A DNA stretch of 50,934 nucleotides from contig JAJYGK010000038.1 in NCBI GenBank assembly GCA_021790715.1, positions 1-50,934 of the forward strand, in the 5' to 3' direction. The stretch is from Chloroflexota bacterium (GTDB taxonomy: Bacteria > Chloroflexota > Limnocylindria > Limnocylindrales > CSP1-4). Positions 10,150-18,627 of the stretch are shown one piece after another (positions within the stretch are counted from its first letter, which is position 1; each line of letters begins with the position of its first letter). The notes under the pieces were generated by a model, which saw only the letters and a list, made by a program, of their open reading frames with translations, was not told the origin of the DNA and ran no database searches. Both the position numbers and the translations under genes were made by a program.

Positions 10150-10927
10150 GTTCCGCCTCCGGCCCGATCACGAAGCGGCAGCCGAGCAGGTCGGCCGCGC
10201 GACGTCCGCCCTCGTCGGAGGAGAGCGCGATCGTGGCCGGCCCGGTCGCCACGCCGGCGATCGAGCGCGCGACCACCAGCGCGACCGCCTGCCCACCGAT
10301 GCGGGCGCGCCGGCCCGACGACGGCGCCGGCCCGGCGGCGAGCGCGATCCCGATCTCGGCCGCATAGGCGGCGGCGCTCGTGTCGGGGTCGCCCACGGGC
10401 ACCTCGAGCCCGCAGAGCCGCACGCGGCCCGCGGGATGCCGCTGCAGCGCACGCGCGTCCCGGGCCTCCGGGCGCCACTCGGGGCTCCCGGCGAGGTGCT
10501 CGATCAGGAACGGCGGCCGGTCGGGCCCCAGCTCCGGCAGGAGCGCGAGCTGCCAGCGCTCGGCCTGCCCGTCGGGCCGGAGCCGCTCGCCCGGGAGCGG
10601 GCCGATCAGGTTCGAACCGCGGGCGTGGAGCCGGCGCACCTCCGCCGCGATGTCGTCCGACGCGAGCGCATACGTCGCGACGCCTCCCCCGCGCGCCAGC
10701 GCCGCCAGCGCCGGCGCCCCGATCCACGAGCGGGCGGCGAGGGCCGGGTCGGTGACGGCGAGCAGTTCCAGGTAGCTGTCGCCGAGCCACGCGAGCGCGT
10801 TGCGCGTGCCGAGCGCGAGGTGATGGCCCCCCTCGGCCACGTCCAGTCCGAGCTCCCTCCCAAGGGCGGCCGCAGCGTCGTCGAGGTCCCGGACGGCGAT
10901 CACGACGTGGTCGACGCCGAGGATCAT
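10142..10927 (-). CDS. VOC/glyoxalase-like domain protein
   Basis: Internal ATG 10927-10925 of track ORF 10142..11392. Sequence reads MILGVDHVVIAVRDLDDAAAALGRELGL...YLELLAV, typical of the glyoxalase-like fold. Confidence 0.7.
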   Translation of the reverse strand: MILGVDHVVIAVRDLDDAAAALGRELGLDVAEGGHHLALGTRNALAWLGDSYLELLAVTDPALAARSWIGAPALAALARGGGVATYALASDDIAAEVRRLHARGSNLIGPLPGERLRPDGQAERWQLALLPELGPDRPPFLIEHLAGSPEWRPEARDARALQRHPAGRVRLCGLEVPVGDPDTSAAAYAAEIGIALAAGPAPSSGRRARIGGQAVALVVARSIAGVATGPATIALSSDEGGRRAADLLGCRFVIGPEAEPA

Positions 10928-10988
10928 GGGACGCGCACCGGGTTCGCCGGGGGTGCCGGGAGGGCTGCCGCCCGCGTCCCGGGCTCCG

Positions 10989-10994
10989 TACAAT
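10989..10994 (+). promoter_or_regulatory. candidate -10 (TACAAT) upstream of SemiSWEET
   Basis: TACAAT lies about 80 nt upstream of ATG 11075. Confidence 0.3.
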
Positions 10995-11074
10995 GCCGGC
11001 TGCCGTGCAGGCGCTCCTCCTGGGATCCAGTGAGCACGGCCCGTTCGATCGAGCGCAGCCGGTGCGGTCGCAGC

Positions 11075-11344
11075 ATGCTCGATGCACTCGCTGTCCTGGC
11101 GGCGGCCTGGGGCGTCCTGATGGGCGTGAGCCCCGTGCTCCAGATCCGTCGCATCGTCGAACGCCGATCCTCCGCGGACGTGTCCATGGCGTACCTGTGG
11201 GTGCTGATCGTCGGCTTCGCCCTGTGGGTAGCCTACGGGCTCTCGATCGCGAACGCAGCGATCGTGGTGCCCAACGTCGTGGCGCTGGTGGTCGGCTTCA
11301 CCACGATCGGCGTCGCGTTCCGGTACCGCCGGCCGATCGGCTGA
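11075..11344 (+). CDS. SemiSWEET / PQ-loop 3-TM transporter
   Basis: This is the last 89 aa of track ORF 10436..11344, from ATG 11075. It has three TM helices and the loop SPVLQIRRIVERRSSADVS (PQ-loop variant). Confidence 0.72.
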   Translation: MLDALAVLAAAWGVLMGVSPVLQIRRIVERRSSADVSMAYLWVLIVGFALWVAYGLSIANAAIVVPNVVALVVGFTTIGVAFRYRRPIG

Positions 11345-11480
11345 CGCCGGGGTCGGCGGGAGGGAACGGCCCGCCGGGCCCGCCGGCCGCACCTCGATCG
11401 GCGAGACGGGGAAGACGAACCTGACGCGGCCGCAGGGCCGCCACGGCGCCTCCCGGCGGCGGCGCGACTACCATGCCGGC

Positions 11481-13418
11481 GTGGCGAGCACCCGGGCCGC
11501 GCAGGGCCCGATCCGCGTCCTGTTCGTCGCGAACCGCGGCGAGATCGCGGCGCGCATCGAGCGCACCTGCCGGCGCCTGGCGATCCCCGTGGTGCTCCCG
11601 CACCGGGACGCCGATCCGGGCCTGGACCTGCTCGATGCCGACGCCATCGTCGCCGCCGCGCTCCGGTCGGGAGCCGACGCCGTCCATCCCGGATACGGCT
11701 TCCTCTCGGAGCAGGCCGCGTTCGCGCAGGCGGTCCTCGACGCCGGGCTCCGCTGGGTGGGGCCGCCTCCCCGGGCGATGCGCACGATGGGCGACAAGTC
11801 GGCCGCGCGCCGCCTGGCGGCGTCCCTCGGCATCCCGGTCCTGCCCGGCTACGACGGCGACGACCAATCGGACGCGGCGCTCCTCTCGGCCGCCGAGCGG
11901 ATCGGGTTCCCCGTCCTCGTCAAGCCGGCCGGGGGCGGTGGCGGCAAGGGCATGCGCGTCGCGACGGACCGGGCCGTCCTGTCGCACGCGCTCATGGCCG
12001 CGCGTCGCGAAGCGGCCGCCGCGTTCGGCGACGACCGGCTGCTGCTGGAGCGGCACGTGGCCTCCGGGCGGCACGTGGAGGTCCAGGTCCTGTTCGACGC
12101 GCTCGGCCACGGCGTGCACCTCGGGGAGCGCGACTGCTCCCTGCAGCGGCGCTACCAGAAGGTGCTCGAGGAGGCGCCGGCGCCGGACCTCGACCCGGCG
12201 GTCCGCGACGCCCTGGCGTCGGCCGCGCTGCGGCTCGCGGCGTCGGTCGAGTACGTCTCCGCCGGCACGTGCGAGTTCCTGGTCGACGGCGATGGCGCAT
12301 GGTGGTTCCTCGAGATGAACACGCGGCTCCAGGTGGAGCACCCCGTGACCGAGCTCGTGACGGGCCGCGACCTGGTGGCCGACCAGCTGCGGATCGCGGC
12401 CGGCGAGGCGCTCGGCATCCGGCAGGCCGACGTCCGGCCCGATGGGCACGCGGTCGAGGTGCGCATCTACGCCGAGGATCCCGCGGCCGGGTTCCTGCCT
12501 GCCACGGGCCGGGTGGCGGACGTCCTCTGGCCCGAGCGCGCCTGCGTCCGGGTGGAGACCGGGATCTCGCCGGGCGACGAGGTGACGGCCCGGTTCGACC
12601 CGATGCTCGCGAAGCTGGCAGCGTGCGGGACAACCCGCGACGGGGCGCTCGACCTGCTGGCCCGGGCCCTCGACGAGACGGTGGTGCTCGGCCTGACGAC
12701 CAACCTGCGCTTCCTCCGCTGGCTCGTGCGCGCGCCGGTGGTCCGCGACGGCATGGCCCGGACGGACACGATCGACGGCCACTGGCCCCCGCCGGGCGGC
12801 TGGGAGATGCCGGCGATCCCGGAGGCCGCCTGGCGACGGGCGGCCCGCGAACTGCTCGCCGGCGACCCGGGGGCGCCGGCCGGAGCGCAGTCGGGCGAGG
12901 CGGAGGCGCCGGCCGGAGCGCGCTCCGGCGATCCGTGGCGGGCCGGCTGGCGGATCGACGGTGTGGCGACCGCACGGATCCGCGCCGGGGACGAGGAGCG
13001 CACGGTGCGCGTCGCACTCGATGATGCCGATCCCGAGGCGGATGGGCTGCGCGCGGCAGCCGATGGGGGGATCCACCTGGACGTGGAGGGCCGCAGCGTC
13101 CTGTTCCGGCTGGCACCGGCGCCGGACGTCGACCGGGCCGCGCGGGAGGCGGCCGGGCACGCGGGCTCGAGCGCCCAGGTCCGTGCCCCGATGCCGGGCC
13201 GCGTCCTGGCGGTCCACGTCGTCGAGGGCGACGAGGTCGCAGCCGGCGAGGTGCTGGTGACGCTGGAGGCCATGAAGATGGAGCATGCGGTGACCGCACC
13301 GAACGGCGGCGTCGTGACCGAGCTGCTGGTCCGGGCGGGGGACCAGGTCGGCGGCGGCCAGGCGCTTGCGGTGATCGGCGGGGGCGAGGGCGCCGGTCCC
13401 GGCGCGCGGCCGGCGTGA
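11481..13418 (+). CDS. liuD: methylcrotonyl-CoA carboxylase alpha subunit (biotin carboxylase + BCCP)
   Basis: Track ORF of 645 aa with a GTG start. Motifs present are ANRGEIA, HPGYGFLSE, MGDK, GGGGKGMR, ERDCSLQRRYQK, EMNTRLQVEHPVTE, and the C-terminal biotinyl motif EAMKME (Lys codon 13275-13277). Confidence 0.9.
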   Translation: MASTRAAQGPIRVLFVANRGEIAARIERTCRRLAIPVVLPHRDADPGLDLLDADAIVAAALRSGADAVHPGYGFLSEQAAFAQAVLDAGLRWVGPPPRAMRTMGDKSAARRLAASLGIPVLPGYDGDDQSDAALLSAAERIGFPVLVKPAGGGGGKGMRVATDRAVLSHALMAARREAAAAFGDDRLLLERHVASGRHVEVQVLFDALGHGVHLGERDCSLQRRYQKVLEEAPAPDLDPAVRDALASAALRLAASVEYVSAGTCEFLVDGDGAWWFLEMNTRLQVEHPVTELVTGRDLVADQLRIAAGEALGIRQADVRPDGHAVEVRIYAEDPAAGFLPATGRVADVLWPERACVRVETGISPGDEVTARFDPMLAKLAACGTTRDGALDLLARALDETVVLGLTTNLRFLRWLVRAPVVRDGMARTDTIDGHWPPPGGWEMPAIPEAAWRRAARELLAGDPGAPAGAQSGEAEAPAGARSGDPWRAGWRIDGVATARIRAGDEERTVRVALDDADPEADGLRAAADGGIHLDVEGRSVLFRLAPAPDVDRAAREAAGHAGSSAQVRAPMPGRVLAVHVVEGDEVAAGEVLVTLEAMKMEHAVTAPNGGVVTELLVRAGDQVGGGQALAVIGGGEGAGPGARPA

Positions 13419-14377
13419 CGATCGACACTGCGGGGGTCGGCACATGCGGCCCCTCGTCCCGGGAGTGGGTGCGGATCTACGAGGTCGGGCCCCGGGACGG
13501 GCTCCAGAACGAGGCCCGCGCGGTGCCGGTCGCGGACAAGCGGCAGTTCATCGAGCTGCTGGTGGCCGCGGGCCTGCGCGAGATCGAGGCGACGAGCTTC
13601 GTCGCCCCTCGCGCGGTGCCGCAGCTCGCCGACGCGGACGAGCTGCTGCCCGCGCTCCCGCGCCCGGCCGGCGTGCGCTATCCCGTGCTCGTGCCGAACG
13701 CTCGCGGCCTCGATCGGGCGCGCGCCGCCGGCGCGGATGCGATCGCGGTGTTCACCGCCGCGACCGACGAGTTCACGCGGCACAACATCGGGATGGGCGT
13801 CGAGGAATCGCTCCATGCGTTCGCGCCGCTGCTGGACCAGGCGGGAGCGCTGGGCTGGTGGCGCCGCGGCTACGTGTCGACCGCATTCGGATGCCCGTAC
13901 AGCGGGGCCGTCGCGCCGGAGCACGCGGTGCGCGTCGCGCTGCGCCTGCTCCGGCTCGGGGCCGATGAGGTGTGCTTCGGCGACACGATCGGGGTCGCGG
14001 TCCCCACGCAGGTCCGCGCCCTGCTCGCCCACGCCCTCGACTCCGGGATTCCCGCCGGCCGGATCGCGCTCCACTTCCACGACACGCGCGGCATGGCGAT
14101 CGCCAACGTGGTGGCGGGGCTGGAGGCGGGCGTCCGCTGCTTCGACGCATCGACGGGAGGCACGGGCGGCTGCCCGTACGCGCCCGGGGCGGCCGGCAAC
14201 CTCGCGACCGAGGAGCTGGTCTACCTGCTCGACGGCCTCGGGATCGGGCACGGCGTCGACCTCGGCGGCGTGCTCGCGGCGGCCCGGTTCATCTCCGGGC
14301 GGCTCGGCCGGCCCCTCTCCTCGAGGGTGGGCCAGGCCGGCGGCTGGGACCCGGAGACGGGGAGGGCGCTGCAGTAG
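13415..14377 (+). CDS. liuE: hydroxymethylglutaryl-CoA lyase
   Basis: Track ORF of 320 aa. Motifs present are EVGPRDGLQNE, HFHDTRG and GGCPYAPGAAGN. GTGA overlap with the MCC alpha stop. Confidence 0.9.
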   Translation: MTIDTAGVGTCGPSSREWVRIYEVGPRDGLQNEARAVPVADKRQFIELLVAAGLREIEATSFVAPRAVPQLADADELLPALPRPAGVRYPVLVPNARGLDRARAAGADAIAVFTAATDEFTRHNIGMGVEESLHAFAPLLDQAGALGWWRRGYVSTAFGCPYSGAVAPEHAVRVALRLLRLGADEVCFGDTIGVAVPTQVRALLAHALDSGIPAGRIALHFHDTRGMAIANVVAGLEAGVRCFDASTGGTGGCPYAPGAAGNLATEELVYLLDGLGIGHGVDLGGVLAAARFISGRLGRPLSSRVGQAGGWDPETGRALQ

Positions 14378-14402
14378 GAACGCACTCCGGCGAAGGCCCG
14401 GG

Positions 14403-14421
14403 CCCCGGCCGGCCGCCGGGG
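14403..14421. terminator. hairpin in a convergent gap
   Basis: CCCCGGC (14403-14409), a 5-nt loop, then GCCGGGG (14415-14421), between the lyase stop and the membrane-protein stop. Confidence 0.3.
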
Positions 14422-14452
14422 ACGTACCCCCACGTGGATGCCGTCCCGCGCG

Positions 14453-14878
14453 CTATCGCGTCGGGCGCGGCTCCTCGGGCCAGTCGAAGCCCCCGGTGTC
14501 CCTCGACGCGTCCGGCGGTGCGGGCAGGACGTTCCGCGCGCTCCACTCGCGCGGCGGGGCGGCCATCATCTCGACGGCGAGCAGCGCGACGGCCGCGGGA
14601 AACAGGACCGACGAGACCGGCAGCAGCATGATCACGGTCGCCAGCGCCACGATCGCGACGATGACCCGGGTGATCCGGGTGTACGGCAGCCGTCGCACCA
14701 GGATGCGGCCCCCGAAGGTCACCACGATCGCGATTCCGACGATGAGCACGACGATCGGCAGGAGGCTCGCGTCGTGGAGCGTCGACAGCGCGCCGCTCAC
14801 GGCAAGGAAACCCAGCCCGACGACCGCGAGCCAGAGCGGGATGTCGCGCTTCGTGAGGTACGGCCCGAGGCGGTTCAC
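14453..14878 (-). CDS. small integral membrane protein, function unknown
   Basis: Track ORF of 141 aa with a GTG start. It has about 4 hydrophobic helices (WLAVVGLGFLAVSGAL, LLPIVVLIVGIAIVVTF, VIVAIVALATVIMLL, VLFPAAVALLAV). No family recognised. Confidence 0.55.
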   Translation of the reverse strand: MNRLGPYLTKRDIPLWLAVVGLGFLAVSGALSTLHDASLLPIVVLIVGIAIVVTFGGRILVRRLPYTRITRVIVAIVALATVIMLLPVSSVLFPAAVALLAVEMMAAPPREWSARNVLPAPPDASRDTGGFDWPEEPRPTR

Positions 14879-14940
14879 CGTCGCATCGTAGCCGGAGCGC
14901 GACCGCGCGGCCCGCAGGTGCGGCGCCCGGGTCCCCGCAA

Positions 14941-14969
14941 CGCCCGGGGAGCGCCCGGGGAGCGCCCGG
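14941..14969. repeat. perfect 11-nt tandem repeat x2.6 (CGCCCGGGGAG)
   Basis: Copies at 14941-14951 and 14952-14962 are identical, and 14963-14969 is a partial copy. It lies in the 94-nt spacer between the acyl-CoA dehydrogenase stop and the membrane-protein start. Confidence 0.9.
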
Positions 14970-14972
14970 CAC

Positions 14973-16127
14973 CTATCCCACGCGCAGGCCGAGGATCTCG
15001 CGGCCGATCACGAGCCGCTGGATCTGGCTGGTCCCCTCCCCGATCTCCGTCAGCTTCGCGTCGCGCAGGTACCGCTCGACGCGGTACTCCTCCACGTATC
15101 CGTATCCGCCGTGGATCTGGACCGCGGCGCTGGTCGCCCGGGACGCCACCTCCGACGCGTAGAGCTTCGCCTGCGCCGCCTCGAGCCGGTACGGACCCCC
15201 GCGGTCCTTCAGCCAGGCCGCCCGCCGGACCAGGCCGCGGGCCGCCGCGATCTCGGTCGCCATGTCGGCCACCATGAACGCGACCCCCTCGAACGATCCG
15301 ATCGGCCGGCCGAACTGCTCGCGCTCGCGCGCGTACGTCGTCGACGCCTCGAGCGCCGCCTGCGCAAGCCCGAGCGCCATCGCGGCGATCGAGATCCGAC
15401 CGCCGTCGAGCACCTGCAGGAAGAGCGGGAACCCCTCGCCCTCCCGGCCGAGCAGGTGGTCCGCCGGCACGCGGCAACCGTCGAAGTGCAGCTCCCCGGT
15501 GGCCGAGGCGTGCAGGCCCATCTTCTCCTCGAGCCGCCCGACCGAGAAGCCCGGGGCATCCGCCGGCACGATGAAGGCGCTGACCTGCGCGGACCCGTCC
15601 GGCCGCGTCCCGGTCCGTGCCGCCACCACGTACGTGCCCGCCCGGCCGGCGTTCGTGATGAAGCGCTTCTCGCCGTCGATGACCCACGCGTCGCCGTCCC
15701 GGCGCGCGGAGGTGCGGGTCGCCCCCGCGTCGCTGCCGGCGCCGGGCTCGGTCAGCCCGTACGCGCCGAGCACGCGGCCGGCGGCGAGCGGGACCAGGAA
15801 CCGTTGCTTCTGCTCGGGCGTGCCGAACAGGTGGATCGGCGCGGAGCCGAGGCTGGTGTGCGCGGCGACGATCAGGGCGAGCGAGCCCCAGGTGCGCGCG
15901 ATCTCCTCGACGGCGACGGCGTACGCGAGCGTGTCCATGCCGGCGCCGCCCTCGGACTCGGGGTACGGGATGCCGAGCCAGCCCATCTCACCGATCCGGC
16001 GCACGAGGTCGGCCGGGAACCGGCGTGCGCGCTCGTGGTCGGCCACGACCGGCTCGACCTCCCGGTCGCAGAACTCGCGGATCGTCTCCTGCAGGAGCCG
16101 ATGCTCCTGGGGCAGTTCGAGGTCCAC
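14973..16127 (-). CDS. acyl-CoA dehydrogenase (isovaleryl-CoA dehydrogenase-like by context)
   Basis: GTG 16127-16125 inside track ORF 14973..16406. Sequence reads VDLELPQEHRLLQETIREF...GLTEPGAGSD...ITNAG...GGYGYVEEYRVERYLRDAKLTEIGEGTSQIQR. An alternative GTG lies 18 nt upstream at 16145. Confidence 0.88.
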   Translation of the reverse strand: MDLELPQEHRLLQETIREFCDREVEPVVADHERARRFPADLVRRIGEMGWLGIPYPESEGGAGMDTLAYAVAVEEIARTWGSLALIVAAHTSLGSAPIHLFGTPEQKQRFLVPLAAGRVLGAYGLTEPGAGSDAGATRTSARRDGDAWVIDGEKRFITNAGRAGTYVVAARTGTRPDGSAQVSAFIVPADAPGFSVGRLEEKMGLHASATGELHFDGCRVPADHLLGREGEGFPLFLQVLDGGRISIAAMALGLAQAALEASTTYAREREQFGRPIGSFEGVAFMVADMATEIAAARGLVRRAAWLKDRGGPYRLEAAQAKLYASEVASRATSAAVQIHGGYGYVEEYRVERYLRDAKLTEIGEGTSQIQRLVIGREILGLRVG

Positions 16128-16290
16128 CGCGCCGGACGGTATCACCTGTCCCCCCGGCGGGCCATGCCACGCGCCTTGCGACCCGGACTGCCGCGTCACA
16201 TGCGGCTGCGCCCGACAGGCGGAGGTGCCCGGCAACACGGTGCCAAGCGGCCTTGACCGGGGCATCGCGGCGGACGCATCGTCGGTCCCG

Positions 16291-18627
16291 ATGCCCACCA
16301 CCGAACGGCGCGTGGCACCGCGCGCCATCGTCGACTCTCGCCCGCCGCTCGCGGGCCGCGTCGCAGGCCGCTCGGTGCCGCGGCGCGACGCGACGGCACG
16401 GCTCACCGGACAGGCCCGCTACGTCGCCGATCTCGAGCTCGCGGGCACGTGGCACGGCGTCACCGTGCGCGCGACCGAGCCCCGCGCGCGGCTCCTCGGC
16501 ATCGACCTCGACCCAGCGTTCGACTGGTCCCGCGTCGTCGTGCTGACGGCGAAGGACGTGCCGGGCGACAACGTCGTCCAGTTCGCGGTCGACGACCAGC
16601 CCGTCCTGGCGATCGGCGAGGTCCGGCACGTCGGGGAGCCGGTCGCGCTCATCGCGGCGCCCGATCTGCCCACGGCCCTGGCGGCCCGGGACCACGTCGT
16701 GCTGCGCACCGAGCCGCTCCCGCCCGTACTCGACCCGATGGCGTCGGAGTGCGTCTTCGCGCACTTCGAGATCGCGAAGGGCGACCCGGACGCGGCCCTC
16801 GCCGGAGCCGACCTGGTGATCGAGGGAACCTACACGGTCGGACGCCAGGAGCAGCTCTACCTCGAGACGCAGGGGATGCTCGCCGTGCCGCGCGAGGACG
16901 GCGGCGTGACGGTCCACGGCTCGATGCAGTGCCCGTACTACGTCCACGCGGCGCTGCGGCGCGCCCTCGCCCTCGACGACGCCCATCTCTCCGTCGTCCA
17001 GTCCGAGACCGGCGGCGGGTTCGGCGGCAAGGAGGAGTTCCCCTCCGGGCTCGCGATCCACGCCGCGATGCTCGCGATGCGCAGCGGCCGGCCCGTCCGG
17101 ATGATCTACGACCGGCACGAGGACCTGGTCGCCACCACGAAGCGGCACCCGGCCATCATCCGGAGCCGCATGGGCATCTCGCGCGACGGCCGCCTCGTGG
17201 CCCAGGACGTCGACGTCGTGATGGACGCCGGGGCGTACGCCACGCTCTCGCACGTCGTGCTCTCGCGCGGCACGATCCACGCCGGCGGGCCCTACGCCTG
17301 CCCGAACGTCCGGATCCGCTCCCGCGCCGTCATGACGAACACCCCGCCCAGCGGCGCGTTCCGCGGCTTCGGGGCGCCCCAGGTCGAGTTCGCCGCCGAG
17401 ATGCAGGTGAACCGCGCGGCGGAGGCGCTGGGCATCTCGCCGGCGGCACTCCGCGAACGCTGGGCCTACCGCGTGGGCGACGTGACCGCGACGGGCCAGG
17501 TCCTCCGCGACAGCGTCGCGGCGGTGACCGTGCTCGAGCGAGCCGTCGGGGCGAGCCGGTTCGAGGAGGTCCGCGCGGCCGCCGCCGGGGCACGCGCGGC
17601 ACGCGGGGCCGGCGATGGCGTCGCGCCGGAGCGAGCGAGTGCGGCGGACCCGCGGGGGCGTGCCGGGGCCGGGCGTGAGCATCTGGCCCACGGCATCGGC
17701 GTGGCGCTGGGCTGGCACGGCGCCGGGTTCACGGGATCCGGCGAGGCCAACCTCGCGAGCGTCGTGGCGCTCGAGGTCACGGCCGACGGCCGGATCGTCC
17801 TGTACACGGATTCCACCGAGATCGGGCAGGGATCGCGCACGGTGCTGCCGCAGCTCGTGGCGGAGGAGCTCGGCGTGGACCTGGACCTCGTGCACGTGGC
17901 GCCCACGGACACCTCGATCGTGCCGAACAGCGGGCCGACCGTCGCCAGCCGCACGACGATGGTGGTCGGCGGGCTGCTCGTCACGGCCGCCCGGCGGCTC
18001 CGGGCCGAGGTGGAGGCACGGACCGGGAGGCCCTTCGCGGCGTCGTATCTCGACGACGTGCGGGGGCACGGCGCGACGCGCGTGACCGAGCGGTTCGCGG
18101 GCTACCCGGGGATCGCCTGGGACGAGCCGTCCCACCTGGGCGACGCGTACCCGGCGTACGGATGGACGGCCGTGGTGGCGGAGGTGGACGTCGATCTCGA
18201 CACGGGCGAGGTGGCCGTCCGGCGCGTGGTCTCGGCGGACGACGTGGGCCGCGCCGTGAACCCGCTGCTCGCCACGGGCCAGATCGAGGGCGGGACGCTG
18301 CAGGGCGTGGGCTACGCGACGATCGAGGAGGCGCGGGTGGACGGCGGACGGCTGCTCAACGACCGGCTGGCCACCTGCGTCGTGCCGACGTCGATGGACG
18401 CGCCGGAGATCGAGTCGATCCTGGTGGAGGAGCCGTTCAGCGGTGCGCCGCACGGCGCGAAGGGGCTGGGCGAGCTGCCGATGGACGTGCCTGCCCCGGC
18501 CGTCGTCGCGGCGATCCAGGACGCGACCGGCGCCTGGATCCACGACCTGCCCGCGTCCCCCGAGCGGATCCTGGCCGCGCTCCGGGAGCGGGAGGCCGGG
18601 ATCGGTGGGCGGGAGGCGGCGCGATGA
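16291..18627 (+). CDS. xanthine dehydrogenase/aldehyde oxidase-family molybdopterin-binding subunit
   Basis: ATG 16291 inside read-through track ORF 15262..18627. Sequence reads VPRRDATARLTGQARYVADL...ETGGGFGGKEEF...FRGFGAPQ...EIGQG...GLGE. Confidence 0.85.
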   Translation: MPTTERRVAPRAIVDSRPPLAGRVAGRSVPRRDATARLTGQARYVADLELAGTWHGVTVRATEPRARLLGIDLDPAFDWSRVVVLTAKDVPGDNVVQFAVDDQPVLAIGEVRHVGEPVALIAAPDLPTALAARDHVVLRTEPLPPVLDPMASECVFAHFEIAKGDPDAALAGADLVIEGTYTVGRQEQLYLETQGMLAVPREDGGVTVHGSMQCPYYVHAALRRALALDDAHLSVVQSETGGGFGGKEEFPSGLAIHAAMLAMRSGRPVRMIYDRHEDLVATTKRHPAIIRSRMGISRDGRLVAQDVDVVMDAGAYATLSHVVLSRGTIHAGGPYACPNVRIRSRAVMTNTPPSGAFRGFGAPQVEFAAEMQVNRAAEALGISPAALRERWAYRVGDVTATGQVLRDSVAAVTVLERAVGASRFEEVRAAAAGARAARGAGDGVAPERASAADPRGRAGAGREHLAHGIGVALGWHGAGFTGSGEANLASVVALEVTADGRIVLYTDSTEIGQGSRTVLPQLVAEELGVDLDLVHVAPTDTSIVPNSGPTVASRTTMVVGGLLVTAARRLRAEVEARTGRPFAASYLDDVRGHGATRVTERFAGYPGIAWDEPSHLGDAYPAYGWTAVVAEVDVDLDTGEVAVRRVVSADDVGRAVNPLLATGQIEGGTLQGVGYATIEEARVDGGRLLNDRLATCVVPTSMDAPEIESILVEEPFSGAPHGAKGLGELPMDVPAPAVVAAIQDATGAWIHDLPASPERILAALREREAGIGGREAAR

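Noticed and set aside
10609-10618. GGTTCGAACC, resembling a tRNA T-arm.
   Set aside because: It lies inside the VOC coding region. No acceptor, D or anticodon arms can be drawn around it. I found no tRNA in the window.
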